Sequence record: SRR22947727_354
DNA: 54,742 nucleotides
Direction: 5' to 3' (one strand)
The position numbers and the translations under genes were made by a program. How positions within the stretch are numbered: the stretch's first letter is position 1; each line of letters begins with the position of its first letter. Below the pieces are notes generated by a model that searched no databases, was not told the origin of the DNA, and worked only from the letters and a program-made list of their open reading frames with translations. Of this stretch, positions 30,991 through 41,491 are shown piece by piece.

Positions 30991-31437
30991 ATGACCGCAG
31001 CCCGTAAAACTCCGTCAAATATTATTGCCGCCAGCCGTGATCTGGTGCAACTCCATGAAGGGCGGCGACAATTTTCCTATTATGACACGCGCGGTAAATT
31101 AACCATTGCGGTTGGGCGCAAGCTTACCGATCGCGGCCTTGCCGATGATGAAATTGACTATCTGTTTGCCAATGATCTGATCATTGCGTTGCAGATTTGC
31201 CAAGATTTATATCCATGTTTTGTCAGCGTTACACCGGCGCGGCAGGCTGCGCTTATTTCAATGGCCTTTAATCTTGGGAAACCGCGTCTTGCCGGTTTTC
31301 GGCGGATGCGCGCGGCGATTAATCGCGGCAATTGGCAGGGGGCGGCTGATGAAGCCGAAAACAGCCTTTGGGCGCGTCAAACACGGCACCGTGCCACCGA
31401 TATTGCCGCACGACTTCGCGGCGTGCATAAGCCTTAA
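30991..31437 (+). CDS. Phage-type lysozyme (GH24 / T4-lysozyme-like endolysin)
   Basis: E23-x8-D32-x5-T38 triad (HEGRRQFSYYDTRGKLTIAVGR), RQAALISMAFNLG, SLWARQT. Confidence 0.88.
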   Translation: MTAARKTPSNIIAASRDLVQLHEGRRQFSYYDTRGKLTIAVGRKLTDRGLADDEIDYLFANDLIIALQICQDLYPCFVSVTPARQAALISMAFNLGKPRLAGFRRMRAAINRGNWQGAADEAENSLWARQTRHRATDIAARLRGVHKP

Positions 31438-31499
31438 AAATGACGCGAACAGATGCCTCTTATTTGCTGCGGATTATTGGGCGAGGATAGATTGGGTGC

Positions 31500-32525
31500 C
31501 TAATTTTGCCGTGCTGCTGAAAACCTTGCGGCGGCGGCAAGCGCGGCGATGATGGGCATCTGACTTTGACCCGGTGATGACAGCCGTGACAGCGCGGCAA
31601 TGGCGGCATTGGCATAATCACCGGCAATCGCAATCGACCGGTCAATGGCATCATGGCTGGCAAGAATGGCCTGCGCGGTGGCAAGATCGCCATCGGCAAA
31701 ATTGCCATCACCCATTGTGTGTTGCCAGAATTCGCGGTCATTTGCATCGCCATCCTGCCATGCCAGAATGACCGGAAGGGTGATTTTCTGGTCAATGAAA
31801 TCATCGCCGGTATTTTTGCCCATCGCGCTGCTGCTGACGCAATAATCCATTGCATCATCCATGATCTGGAATGCCAGCCCAAGCTGCAGCCCGTAATCAT
31901 GCATCACCGCAACATCATCATCATTTGCGCCTGCCAATTTGGCACCGGCGGCGGCGGCGGCGGCGAATAAAATCGCGGTTTTGCCCGTAATCACATCGAA
32001 ATAGGCATCTTGCGGCGTGTCGGGCATGCCAGCGATGGTCATTTGTTTGATTTCGCCTTCGGTAATCCGCGCCGACGCATTGGCCAACTGGCCAAGAACC
32101 GTAATATCACCAGCCTCAACCATCAATTCAAAAGCGCGGGCAAACAGAAAATCACCCACCAGAACCGAAGCTTCATTTCCCCAAAGCGCATTTGCCGTAT
32201 CGCGGCCACGTCGCAAATTCGACTCATCAATCACATCATCATGAAGAAGCGTTGCCGAATGGATGAATTCGACGGCGGTTGCCAGCCCCACAGCATGCGC
32301 GCTGCCACCGGCAATTTGCGCGCCGGCAAGGGTTATCATCGGGCGGATGCGTTTACCGCCAGCGGCAATCAAATGTCCGGCCAGTTCGGGAATCAATGGC
32401 ACGTCACTGGCAAGCCGTTGCAAAATCATTGCATTGACGGCTTTCATATCATCGGCAAGCAGATTGACCAGCGGGTCAAGCGAAACCAGTTCGCCGTAAT
32501 TCTCGATTGCAGGATTAGCACTCAT
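31500..32525 (-). CDS. ispB: Polyprenyl (octa/decaprenyl) diphosphate synthase
   Basis: GGKRIRP, FARM LHDDVID, GKTA, SARM FQIMDDAMD. Confidence 0.93.
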   Translation of the reverse strand: MSANPAIENYGELVSLDPLVNLLADDMKAVNAMILQRLASDVPLIPELAGHLIAAGGKRIRPMITLAGAQIAGGSAHAVGLATAVEFIHSATLLHDDVIDESNLRRGRDTANALWGNEASVLVGDFLFARAFELMVEAGDITVLGQLANASARITEGEIKQMTIAGMPDTPQDAYFDVITGKTAILFAAAAAAGAKLAGANDDDVAVMHDYGLQLGLAFQIMDDAMDYCVSSSAMGKNTGDDFIDQKITLPVILAWQDGDANDREFWQHTMGDGNFADGDLATAQAILASHDAIDRSIAIAGDYANAAIAALSRLSSPGQSQMPIIAALAAAARFSAARQN

Positions 32526-32781
32526 TCTTTCAACCTATCAAATGGCGATTTGCCATCTTCCTAAAGGAAATATGTTTTTGCGCAATTTAAAGCCGTTTGG
32601 CTTTTTGGCCACAGCGTCATCGCGCCGACCATTGGCGGCGCGCATGGATGGCGTGTCTAAAATCTTTCCCATTCATTACGATGCCACATCACCGACTAGC
32701 AAGGAAAAAAGGCCAGCCCACGGCGGATTTTGTCGTTGCAATGCTTGGTAATTCGCCAAAAATGCGGCATGATGTGGGTTC

Positions 32782-32997
32782 GTGGAACATCTTGTTAGCA
32801 CAACCAATAATGTGCGCCTGTCATTTTTGCTGGCGCTGTTGCGTGATGCGGGCATTAAGGCGCATGTGTTTGATGCAAATATTTCGGCGCTTGAGGCTGG
32901 CATTGGGGCTTTTCCGCGCCGGATTATGGTGCCAACGAAACGGCTTTTGGCGGCAAAAACCTTGCTTGAGGATGCAAATGAATTTTATGATGATTGA
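32782..32997 (+). CDS. DUF2007-family small protein
   Basis: LSFLLALLRDAGI...DANISALEAGIGAFPRRIMV; usual position between ispB and the tRNA methyltransferase. Confidence 0.8.
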   Translation: MEHLVSTTNNVRLSFLLALLRDAGIKAHVFDANISALEAGIGAFPRRIMVPTKRLLAAKTLLEDANEFYDD

Positions 32998-33066
32998 TCA
33001 TGGACGTTTGTCCAGCGGCTGGCAGCAAAACCAGCCGAGCCAGCCCCTGTTAGGGGTGACAAAAAC

Positions 33067-33885
33067 ATGAGCCAAGATCCAACAATCGGGAATGATGCCA
33101 AAACAGGCGATGGCGCACCGCCTGATGGCCTTGATGATCTGGCGGTAACACATGATCATTTGCTTGGCAAAACCGTGTCGGTTATGCAGCCAAAAAGCGG
33201 GTTTCGCGTTGGCACGGATGCGGTGCTTCTGGCGGCGGCGATTGGGGTTAATCGTGGCCGTATTCTGGATATGGGGGCAGGGGTTGGCGGGGTCAGCCTG
33301 TGTTTGGCACGGCGGCTTGATGCGGTGCAGATCACCGCGATTGAGATTGATCCGGTGATGGCGGCATTGGCACAACGAAATGTCGCGGCCAATGGTTTTG
33401 ATGACCGGCTTCGTATTTTGCGCGATGATATTGCCAAAATGCCCCCCGTTCTGGCGGGCAGTTTTGATCATGTTGTCAGTAACCCGCCCTATCATTACGC
33501 AACTGGCACAAGGCCGCGCGACAAACGGCGGGCTTTGGCGCATATCGGCGAAGGATTGGCGCTTGGTGATTGGGTTAAATCGGCAATCTGGGCGGCAAAA
33601 CCGCGCGGACGGATCAGCTTTATTTGCCGGGCTGATCGGGCGGATGAATTGATCCATCTTTTTACCATGGTGGGTGCTTCAGAAATTCTGCAATTCCCGC
33701 TTTGGCCGCGGCCAATGGTGCCGGCTGGGCGGGTGATCATTCAGGTGCGCAAGGCGGTGTCTGGCCCGGGCGCGATTTTACCCGGCCTTATCATGCATAA
33801 TGATGATGGCAGCTTTACCGAAGCCGCTAGCCGCATTATGAATGGTGAAGGTCTGTATATGGTGCATCCTGCCCGCAGGGTCTAG
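33067..33885 (+). CDS. tRNA1(Val) A37 N6-methyltransferase-like SAM methyltransferase
   Basis: QPKSGFRVGTDAVLLAA, LDMGAGVG, NPPY. Confidence 0.88.
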   Translation: MSQDPTIGNDAKTGDGAPPDGLDDLAVTHDHLLGKTVSVMQPKSGFRVGTDAVLLAAAIGVNRGRILDMGAGVGGVSLCLARRLDAVQITAIEIDPVMAALAQRNVAANGFDDRLRILRDDIAKMPPVLAGSFDHVVSNPPYHYATGTRPRDKRRALAHIGEGLALGDWVKSAIWAAKPRGRISFICRADRADELIHLFTMVGASEILQFPLWPRPMVPAGRVIIQVRKAVSGPGAILPGLIMHNDDGSFTEAASRIMNGEGLYMVHPARRV

Positions 33886-33968
33886 GCGTGATTGCCAGTG
33901 GATGATCGGCATAGCGTAATCGGCAGGGTGTGATTGGCAGTGATGCCAGATGAAGGGAAATAGGCGAA

Positions 33969-34799
33969 ATGGGACTTTTGTCCAAAATAATGTTTTGGCG
34001 ACGCCGCAGGTCGGTTGTGCCGGTGGTGCGGTTAAGCGGTGTAATCTCGCAATCGGGCAGTCTTGGACGGCGCGGCCTATCGCTTGAATCGGTTGAACCG
34101 CAATTGAAAAAGGCCTTTTCGGTCAAGCATGCCAAGGCCGTCGCCATCCTCATTAACTCGCCTGGAGGCTCGCCGGTGCAATCATCATTGATTGGCCAGC
34201 GCATTCGTGACCTTGCCAACCGCGCCGATGTGCCGGTTTTGGCGTTTTGCGAAGATGTGGCGGCGAGTGGCGGCTATTGGCTGGCGGCATCAGCCGATGA
34301 GATTTATGCCAATCCGGCATCGGTGATCGGGTCTATTGGGGTGATATCGGCCGGTTTCGGTTTTGATAAAGCCATTGCCAAGCTTGGCATTGACCGGCGG
34401 GTTTACACCGCTGGCGAGGCCAAAATGACGCTTGACCCCTTTCAGCCTGAACGCGATGAAGAAATTGACCGGCTGAAAGGGTTGCAGGCCGATATTCACA
34501 AACAATTTATCACCCATATCGAACAGCGTCGTGGGTCACGGCTGAAAGGCGCGCATGATGAATTATTCAGCGGCGCGTTCTGGACAGGCCAACGTGCGCT
34601 TGAATTGGGATTGATTGATGGGCTTGGTGAATGTCGCCAAACATTGCTTCAACGTTTTGGTGATGACACTGATGTGATGTTTGTTGAGCCAAAGCGCAAA
34701 TTCCTGCCGCTTGGACTTCCGGCAATGAGCAGCCATCTTGTGCAGGAAACCGCCGATCTTGCGATTGAGCGCGCTTATTTTTCGCGTTTCGGGCTGTAA
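33969..34799 (+). CDS. S49-family (SppA/SohB-like) peptidase
   Basis: INSPGGSP, DVAASGGYW, GSIGV. Confidence 0.93.
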   Translation: MGLLSKIMFWRRRRSVVPVVRLSGVISQSGSLGRRGLSLESVEPQLKKAFSVKHAKAVAILINSPGGSPVQSSLIGQRIRDLANRADVPVLAFCEDVAASGGYWLAASADEIYANPASVIGSIGVISAGFGFDKAIAKLGIDRRVYTAGEAKMTLDPFQPERDEEIDRLKGLQADIHKQFITHIEQRRGSRLKGAHDELFSGAFWTGQRALELGLIDGLGECRQTLLQRFGDDTDVMFVEPKRKFLPLGLPAMSSHLVQETADLAIERAYFSRFGL

Positions 34800-34934
34800 A
34801 AGTCAAACTGGTTATGTCAGGATAACGCCATATTCGGCGTGGCTGGCAGACCAATCGCTGGCTTTCCGCAAAATCCAGCATCACGCCGGTTGCATTACAC
34901 ATGTCGGATTACGCCTCTAAAGGACGCTTGAATA

Positions 34935-35177
34935 ATGGTTCTCTCACTTCCGAAAATCCTTGGTCTTTTTGCCCTGATCTGGCTTGTCTGGATGGCATTT
35001 CGGTTTATCGAGGCGCGCCAGAAAAACCGTGCTGATCAGCCATTAGACAAAAATGGCAACACGGCGGGAGCAGCGAAAAAAGACCCGAATGACGCATCGG
35101 TTGATTTGCAGGAATGTACAATTTGCGGGGCATGGGTAAGCGGCGAGACCTGTGATCGGGAAAACTGTCCCTATTAG
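34935..35177 (+). CDS. Small membrane protein with C-terminal Cys4 motif
   Basis: AAGGA RBS; hydrophobic N-terminal helix; C-x2-C-x8-C-x4-C. Confidence 0.75.
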   Translation: MVLSLPKILGLFALIWLVWMAFRFIEARQKNRADQPLDKNGNTAGAAKKDPNDASVDLQECTICGAWVSGETCDRENCPY

Positions 35178-35252
35178 CGGCAGCAACAGCTTGCCTTTTG
35201 ATACGGTTTCCGGCTAATTTCCGTGCATCTTTTGCAATAGGAATCGTGACTG

Positions 35253-36167
35253 ATGCCAACATCACAAAGCGACGAAATTAGAACCGATTTCCAGTCGATA
35301 ATACTGAATTTACAACGCCATTGGGCAAAGCAGGGCGCGGTTGTCCTGCAGCCCTATGATATGGAGGTTGGCGCGGGTACATTTCACCCGGCAACAACGC
35401 TTCGTGCGCTTGGCCCCGATGATATTTGGCGCGCGGCCTATGTTCAGCCATCGCGGCGGCCGTCGGATGGGCGCTATGGTGAAAACCCAAACCGGATGCA
35501 GCATTTTTACCAGTTTCAGGTGATTTTCAAACCATCACCAGCGGAGTCGCAGGCGCTATATCTCGACTCGCTAAAGGCAATCGGGCTTGATCCCGACAAG
35601 CATGATATCCGGTTTGTCGAAGATGATTGGGAATCACCAACTCTTGGCGCATGGGGTCTTGGCTGGGAAGTCTGGTGTGATGGCATGGAAATTTCGCAAT
35701 TCACCTATTTCCAACAGGTTGGCGGGATTGAATGTAATCCGGTGCCGCTTGAACTTACCTACGGGTTGGAACGGCTGGCGATGTATATTCAAGGCGTTGA
35801 AAATGTCTATGACCTTGATTGGGATGGTGTGCCAGCTGTCGAAGGCGGCAAAACTTACGGCGATATTTTCAAACGCGCCGAGGTTGAATTTTCCGGCTGG
35901 AATTTTGAACATGCCGATACGGATATGCTTCTTGGGCATTTCCGCGATGCCGAAATTGAATGTGGCCGCTTGCTGGGGTTGGAGACGCCACTCGCATTGC
36001 CAGCCTATGATCAATGTATGAAAGCCAGCCATCTGTTTAATATGCTTGATGCGCGTGGGGTGATTTCGGTGACTGAACGCGCCGCCTATATCGGGCGTGT
36101 TCGGAACTTGGCCAAAGGATGCTGCGAAGCATGGATGGGAATAACGGAGACCACAACCAATGGCTGA
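35253..36167 (+). CDS. glyQ: Glycine--tRNA ligase alpha subunit
   Basis: [32 protein letters not shown]. Confidence 0.97.
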   Translation: MPTSQSDEIRTDFQSIILNLQRHWAKQGAVVLQPYDMEVGAGTFHPATTLRALGPDDIWRAAYVQPSRRPSDGRYGENPNRMQHFYQFQVIFKPSPAESQALYLDSLKAIGLDPDKHDIRFVEDDWESPTLGAWGLGWEVWCDGMEISQFTYFQQVGGIECNPVPLELTYGLERLAMYIQGVENVYDLDWDGVPAVEGGKTYGDIFKRAEVEFSGWNFEHADTDMLLGHFRDAEIECGRLLGLETPLALPAYDQCMKASHLFNMLDARGVISVTERAAYIGRVRNLAKGCCEAWMGITETTTNG

Positions 36168-38229
36168 TCTGGTAATTGAATTTGTCTCAGAAGAAATTCC
36201 TGCCCGCATGCAGGCTGGTGCTGGCCGTGATCTGGCGCGGTTGATTGAATCGGCCTTAATAACGCTTGGCGTCTGGCATGATGACAGCGTGGCAACCGGC
36301 CTTTGTGCGCCGCGTCATTTGCTTGCCTATGTCACCAATATTGCTGCATCGCAGCCGGATCGCATTATCGAAAAACGTGGGCCGCGTGTTGATGCGCCCG
36401 CGGCGGCGATTGCCGGTTTTTTGAAATCGGCCAGGGTCAGCCGCGAAGAGCTTGTGGAAGAAGATACGCCAAAAGGCCGGTTCTTATTTGCACGAAGCGA
36501 AATCACTGGCGGTGATACAGCCGCGCTGTTGGCGCCGATCATTATTGATATTCTGACCCATTTTCCATGGCCAAAAAGCCAGCGATGGGGTCGTGGTAAA
36601 TTCCGCTGGGTGCGCCCGCTTCACCGGATCAATATTTTGTTTGATGGCAAACCGCTTGCCGGTGCGCTGGATCTGGGTGGCGGCGATGCAATCACTTTTG
36701 GCGCGACTAGCTGCGGCCATTATTTTGAGGCACCTGACGACATTGACCTTACCGGCATTACCAGTCTTGATGATGTTAAGGCCAGATTGCGGGCTGGCTA
36801 TGTGATGCTTGACCAAGATGAACGCCATGACGCGATTATCAGCGCGGCCAAAAAATTAGCTGCCAGCGAGTTATGTCATCTCAATGAGGCTCAGCTTGGA
36901 AGTTATCTTGCCGATATTGCTGGTTTGGTCGAATGGCCAACGCCGCTTATGGGGCAGATCGAAGACCGATTCATGGTGCTGCCGCCAGAATTGCTGCAAG
37001 CCACAATTGCAACGCATCAGAAATACATCACGCTGAGTGATGTTGATGGAAAATTCTCGTCACATTTCATCGTTCTATCAAACCGGCTTGGCGATGCGGA
37101 ACGCGATAAGGTGATTATCGCCGGTAATCAGCGTGTGTTGCGGGCGCGATTGGCCGATGCTGAATTTTTCTGGCAACAGGATCAGGCACGCCAGTTGGAA
37201 AGCTATCTTCCCGCACTTGGCGATGTCACATTCTATGAGGGGCTTGGCTCGATCCACGATAAGGCAATCCGGATGGAAGCGTTGGCAGGCGCTATTGCGC
37301 CGCATATGCCATCTGCCAACCCAAAAGCCGCATCACGCGCTGCCCGTCTCGCCAAGGCTGATCTTGTCACGGGTATGGTTGGTGAATTTCCTGAATTGCA
37401 GGGCATTATGGGCGGCTATTACGCGGCTGCCAGCGGCGAGGACAAAGCCGTTTGCGACGCCATTACCGCGCATTATCGGCCGCAAGGCCCGGCCGATGAT
37501 TTGCCAGCAACACCCGAAGCCATGGTTGTTGCGCTGGCGGATAAGATTGACACGCTTGTCGGGTTTTTTGGCATTGATGCCAAACCAACGGGCTCAAAAG
37601 ATCCGTTTGCGCTTCGCCGTGCGGCCTTGGGCGTTATCCGTATTATTGTTGATGGACAGCTAACCATCCCGCTTGGCAAGATTTTGCAGGCGAGTGCCAG
37701 CGGCTATGGCTTTGCCAAAGTTGATGCCGATCTGTTGCCCTTTATTCGTGACCGGCTTCGCGGCTATCTTCGTGATCAGAAAATGCGGCATGATGTGGTA
37801 GCCGCGGCCTTGGCCGATGATGATCGTGACGATATCTATTTGATGGCGACACGCGCATCAGCGCTTGCTGGCTTTTTGGCCGCTGCCGATGGCACCGGGT
37901 TGATGGCTGGTTGGCGGCGGGTCAGCAGCATCCTTGCTGCCGAGGAAAAAAAGGCCAAAACCGCCTTTGCCGCAACATCTGATCCGGCACTGTTTACCGA
38001 TGCTGAAAAAGCACTTTTTGATCCACTATCGACAATGGCTGTGAATCAAGACAATATTGAGTCGCAGCTTGCCGCGCTTGGTGCGCTGCGTTCCCCCATT
38101 GATTTGTTTTTTGAAAAAATCGTCGTGAATGACGATGATCCGGCGATCCGCCTGAACCGACTTGGGCTATTGGCAATGATTCGTGAAAAAATGCTGGCTG
38201 TTGCCGATTTCACGAAAATAGAAGGCTAG
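36160..38229 (+). CDS. glyS: Glycine--tRNA ligase beta subunit
   Basis: [33 protein letters not shown]; overlaps the glyQ stop. Confidence 0.96.
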   Translation: MADLVIEFVSEEIPARMQAGAGRDLARLIESALITLGVWHDDSVATGLCAPRHLLAYVTNIAASQPDRIIEKRGPRVDAPAAAIAGFLKSARVSREELVEEDTPKGRFLFARSEITGGDTAALLAPIIIDILTHFPWPKSQRWGRGKFRWVRPLHRINILFDGKPLAGALDLGGGDAITFGATSCGHYFEAPDDIDLTGITSLDDVKARLRAGYVMLDQDERHDAIISAAKKLAASELCHLNEAQLGSYLADIAGLVEWPTPLMGQIEDRFMVLPPELLQATIATHQKYITLSDVDGKFSSHFIVLSNRLGDAERDKVIIAGNQRVLRARLADAEFFWQQDQARQLESYLPALGDVTFYEGLGSIHDKAIRMEALAGAIAPHMPSANPKAASRAARLAKADLVTGMVGEFPELQGIMGGYYAAASGEDKAVCDAITAHYRPQGPADDLPATPEAMVVALADKIDTLVGFFGIDAKPTGSKDPFALRRAALGVIRIIVDGQLTIPLGKILQASASGYGFAKVDADLLPFIRDRLRGYLRDQKMRHDVVAAALADDDRDDIYLMATRASALAGFLAAADGTGLMAGWRRVSSILAAEEKKAKTAFAATSDPALFTDAEKALFDPLSTMAVNQDNIESQLAALGALRSPIDLFFEKIVVNDDDPAIRLNRLGLLAMIREKMLAVADFTKIEG

Positions 38230-38237
38230 ATAGAGAC

Positions 38238-40910
38238 ATGACACAATGGGTTTATAATTTTGGCAAAACAGGAACCGATGGCGATGCATCGCGTCGCAAC
38301 CTTCTTGGTGGCAAGGGTGCTAATCTTGCCGAAATGAGTGGCATTGGCCTGCCGGTTCCGCCCGGATTTACCCTTAGTACCGATGTCTGCACGCATTTTT
38401 ATGACCATGACAAAACCTATCCTGACACTTTAGATCAGCAGGTGCGTGACGCCATTGCGAAAATCGAAAGCGAAACCGGCACCCGTTTTGCCGATTCCGC
38501 TAACCCGCTTCTTGTTTCGGTGCGGTCAGGTGCGCGGGCCTCGATGCCGGGCATGATGGATACGGTTCTCAATCTTGGGCTGAATGACGCTACGGTCGAA
38601 GGCCTTGCCAACCGCGCCAATGATGCGCGTTTTGCCTATGACAGCTATCGCCGGTTTATCCAGATGTATAGCGATGTCGTGATGGAGGTCGATCACGGCC
38701 TGTTTGAAGATGCGCTTGAGGATATGAAGCTTCAACGCGGCGTTTATGAAGACACTGAATTGACTGGTGATGATTTAAAAGCACTTGTCGCCAGCTATAA
38801 GGACATTGTTCAAGATGAGGCTGGCACCGGCTTTCCCCAAGACCCGTGGAAACAGCTTTGGGGCGCGATTGGAGCGGTATTTACCAGCTGGATGAATACC
38901 CGCGCCATCACCTATCGGCGGCTGAATAACATTCCTGCCGCATGGGGAACAGCGGTCAATATTCAGGCCATGGTGTTTGGCAATATGGGTGATGATTGCG
39001 CGACCGGTGTTGCGTTTACGCGTGATCCATCAACCGGTGAAAACAGCTTTTACGGCGAGTTTTTGATCAATGCACAAGGCGAAGATGTTGTTGCCGGTAT
39101 TCGCACGCCATTGCCATTAACGGCGGCTGCCCGCGAAAAAGGCGGCGGTGATGCTTTGTCGATGCAAGAAGCCATGCCGGCGGCCTTTGATCAGCTTGAT
39201 GCGGTTCGCAAAAAGCTTGAGGCGCATTATCGCGATATGCAGGATCTTGAATTTACTGTCCAGCAGGGCGTGTTATATATGCTGCAAACTCGTAGCGGAA
39301 AACGCACTGCGGAAGCCGCGCTTCGCATGGCTGTTGAAATGGCTGATGAAGGGTTAATCACCCGCGACGAAGCCCTTTGTCGGGTTGATCCGAACGCGCT
39401 TGACCAGCTGCTTCATCCAACGCTAGATCCCGATGCTGAAAAGGTCATTCTGGCACGCGGTCTGCCCGCATCACCGGGCGCTGCATGCGGCAAGATTGTG
39501 CTGAATGCCGATCGTGCCGAGGAAATGGCGGCTAGCGGCGAGGCGGTGATACTGGTGCGCCATGAAACCAGCCCTGAAGATATTCACGGTATGCATGCTG
39601 CTGCCGGTATCCTGACAGCGCGTGGCGGCATGACAAGCCATGCGGCGGTGGTTGCGCGTGGCATGGGGCGAGCCTGTGTTTCGGGTGCAAGCGATGTACG
39701 CTTTGACGAGGTTAGCGGCAAGGTCTTTATCGCTGATCAGGTTTTGGTCGAAGGTGATGTTATCACCATTGATGGCACCAGCGGTGAGGTTTATGCCGGT
39801 AAAGTCGATACGATCCAGCCGAAAATGTCAGGTGCCTTTGCCATCGTTATGGGTTGGGCTGACGAGGTGCGCCGCATGGAAGTGCGTACCAATGCCGAAA
39901 CCCCTACCGAGGCGCGGGTTGCCCTTGATTTCGGTGCGCAGGGCATTGGCCTATGCCGAACCGAACATATGTTTTTCGATGCAGGCCGCATCATTGCCAT
40001 GCGCCAGATGATCATGGCTGCCGATACTGAAGGCCGTGAATTGGCGCTTGCCAAACTATTGCCGATGCAGCGCCGTGATTTTGAAGAATTATTTACCATC
40101 ATGGCTGGTTTGCCAGTCACCATCCGGCTTCTTGATCCGCCATTGCATGAGTTTTTACCGCATTCGGCCGATGAATTGGCCGAAGTTGCCGCCGCCGCTG
40201 GCGTCACAATCGAGACGGCACGCCAACGCTCGGTCAAGCTTGCCGAGACCAACCCGATGCTTGGTCATCGTGGCTGCCGCTTGGCAGTGACTTATCCGGA
40301 AATCTGCCGGATGCAAGCCCGCGCTATTTTTGAGGCGGCCTGCGCTGTTGCCAAAAACACTGGCGAGTCACCCATTCCCGAAGTGATGGTTCCGCTCGCG
40401 GCAACGGCACGGGAAATTTCGCTTTGCAAGGCCGAGATTGACGCGGCTGCGGCTGCGGTTATGGTGGAAACCGGTATCACGATATCATATCTTGTTGGCA
40501 CGATGGTTGAATTGCCCCGCGCGTCAATCTGTGCGGCTGATCTGGCGGTTGAGGCCGAATTCTTTTCCTTTGGGACGAATGATCTGACGCAAACCTCGCT
40601 TGGCATCAGCCGTGACGATGCCGGATCTTTCCTGCATGATTATGCTGATAAAGAGATTTATCCGGTTGATCCGTTTGTGTCGATTGACCTTGAAGGGGTT
40701 GGCACTCTGGTCGAAATGGGGGTTGAGCGTGGCCGCAAAACCCGTCCCGATATCAAGCTTGGCATCTGCGGTGAACATGGCGGCGATGGCGATTCAATTC
40801 TGTTTTTTGAAAAGGTCGGTCTTGATTATGTATCTTGTTCGCCTTACCGCGTTCCTGCGGCGCGTCTTGCCGCAGCACAGGCTACGATCAAAACCCGCCA
40901 AACCGATTAA
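38238..40910 (+). CDS. ppdK: Pyruvate phosphate dikinase
   Basis: LGGKGANL, GGMTSHAAVVARG (phospho-His), GICGEHGG. Confidence 0.97.
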   Translation: MTQWVYNFGKTGTDGDASRRNLLGGKGANLAEMSGIGLPVPPGFTLSTDVCTHFYDHDKTYPDTLDQQVRDAIAKIESETGTRFADSANPLLVSVRSGARASMPGMMDTVLNLGLNDATVEGLANRANDARFAYDSYRRFIQMYSDVVMEVDHGLFEDALEDMKLQRGVYEDTELTGDDLKALVASYKDIVQDEAGTGFPQDPWKQLWGAIGAVFTSWMNTRAITYRRLNNIPAAWGTAVNIQAMVFGNMGDDCATGVAFTRDPSTGENSFYGEFLINAQGEDVVAGIRTPLPLTAAAREKGGGDALSMQEAMPAAFDQLDAVRKKLEAHYRDMQDLEFTVQQGVLYMLQTRSGKRTAEAALRMAVEMADEGLITRDEALCRVDPNALDQLLHPTLDPDAEKVILARGLPASPGAACGKIVLNADRAEEMAASGEAVILVRHETSPEDIHGMHAAAGILTARGGMTSHAAVVARGMGRACVSGASDVRFDEVSGKVFIADQVLVEGDVITIDGTSGEVYAGKVDTIQPKMSGAFAIVMGWADEVRRMEVRTNAETPTEARVALDFGAQGIGLCRTEHMFFDAGRIIAMRQMIMAADTEGRELALAKLLPMQRRDFEELFTIMAGLPVTIRLLDPPLHEFLPHSADELAEVAAAAGVTIETARQRSVKLAETNPMLGHRGCRLAVTYPEICRMQARAIFEAACAVAKNTGESPIPEVMVPLAATAREISLCKAEIDAAAAAVMVETGITISYLVGTMVELPRASICAADLAVEAEFFSFGTNDLTQTSLGISRDDAGSFLHDYADKEIYPVDPFVSIDLEGVGTLVEMGVERGRKTRPDIKLGICGEHGGDGDSILFFEKVGLDYVSCSPYRVPAARLAAAQATIKTRQTD

Positions 40911-41024
40911 TCCTTGCCGGTTATCGGCATAAACCGCTGCTGCAAAAGCGCCGCTGGTTCAGTTGTGGTGCGGTCCCTTGCCATCAAAAGAGGCATTTCG
41001 CCATCAAAAGCGATAAGACAAGAA

Positions 41025-41048
41025 AAAAGCCAGTAATTGCTGGCTTTT
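41025..41048. terminator. Bidirectional intrinsic terminator between ppdK and rpmE
   Basis: AAAAGCCAG-TAATTG-CTGGCTTTT. Confidence 0.8.
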
Positions 41049-41090
41049 GTCGATGGGTAGATTTGGGTTTCAAATCGGGCTGGAACAGCC

Positions 41091-41312
41091 TTATTTGATG
41101 CCAAGACCGCCAAAGCGCTTGTTAAAGCGGGCAACCTGACCACCTGAGTCAAGGATACGATGCTGGCCAGTCCATGCTGGATGGGTCTTTGGGTCAATGT
41201 CGAGTTTCAACACATCGCCAGGCTTTCCCCAAGTCGAGCGCGTGGTATGTTCGCTGCCATCGGTCATTACAACGGTGATTTCGTGGTAATCTGGGTGAAT
41301 ATCTTTTTTCAT
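41091..41312 (-). CDS. rpmE: 50S ribosomal protein L31 (no Zn-binding cysteines)
   Basis: [10 protein letters not shown]...[13 protein letters not shown]...RFNKRF; ATG at 41312. Confidence 0.96.
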   Translation of the reverse strand: MKKDIHPDYHEITVVMTDGSEHTTRSTWGKPGDVLKLDIDPKTHPAWTGQHRILDSGGQVARFNKRFGGLGIK

Positions 41313-41491
41313 GCCGGTCTCCGGTTTTACGCTTAACTGCCTGTTCGTGATGCTAGATTTGCCATGCGGCAGAATGATCCTCGCCAACAAACAGCGCTGG
41401 TGGTATATCCCCTAAAGCGATGATAAGCAAGCCCCCCGACGTAGAAAATAAATGGTTCGCGGGTTGGGTGAACAAAAATTGGGGTTAATGA

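Larger units (their letters stand above)
30129..31437. mobile_element. Phage/GTA-derived relic: S24 repressor fragment, holin, lysozyme
   Basis: Three phage-type genes between housekeeping rlmD and ispB; no integrase, att repeats or structural genes seen. Confidence 0.7.

Noticed and set aside
30100-31500. att sites or target-site duplication flanking the lysis cassette
   Set aside because: Only a weak TTAAAA(A)TG similarity at the two ends, expected by chance in AT-rich spacers.
41091-41312. Cysteine-free L31 as a zinc-starvation paralogue
   Set aside because: The Cys-free form is the usual single L31 in alphaproteobacteria; no Zur box noticed.
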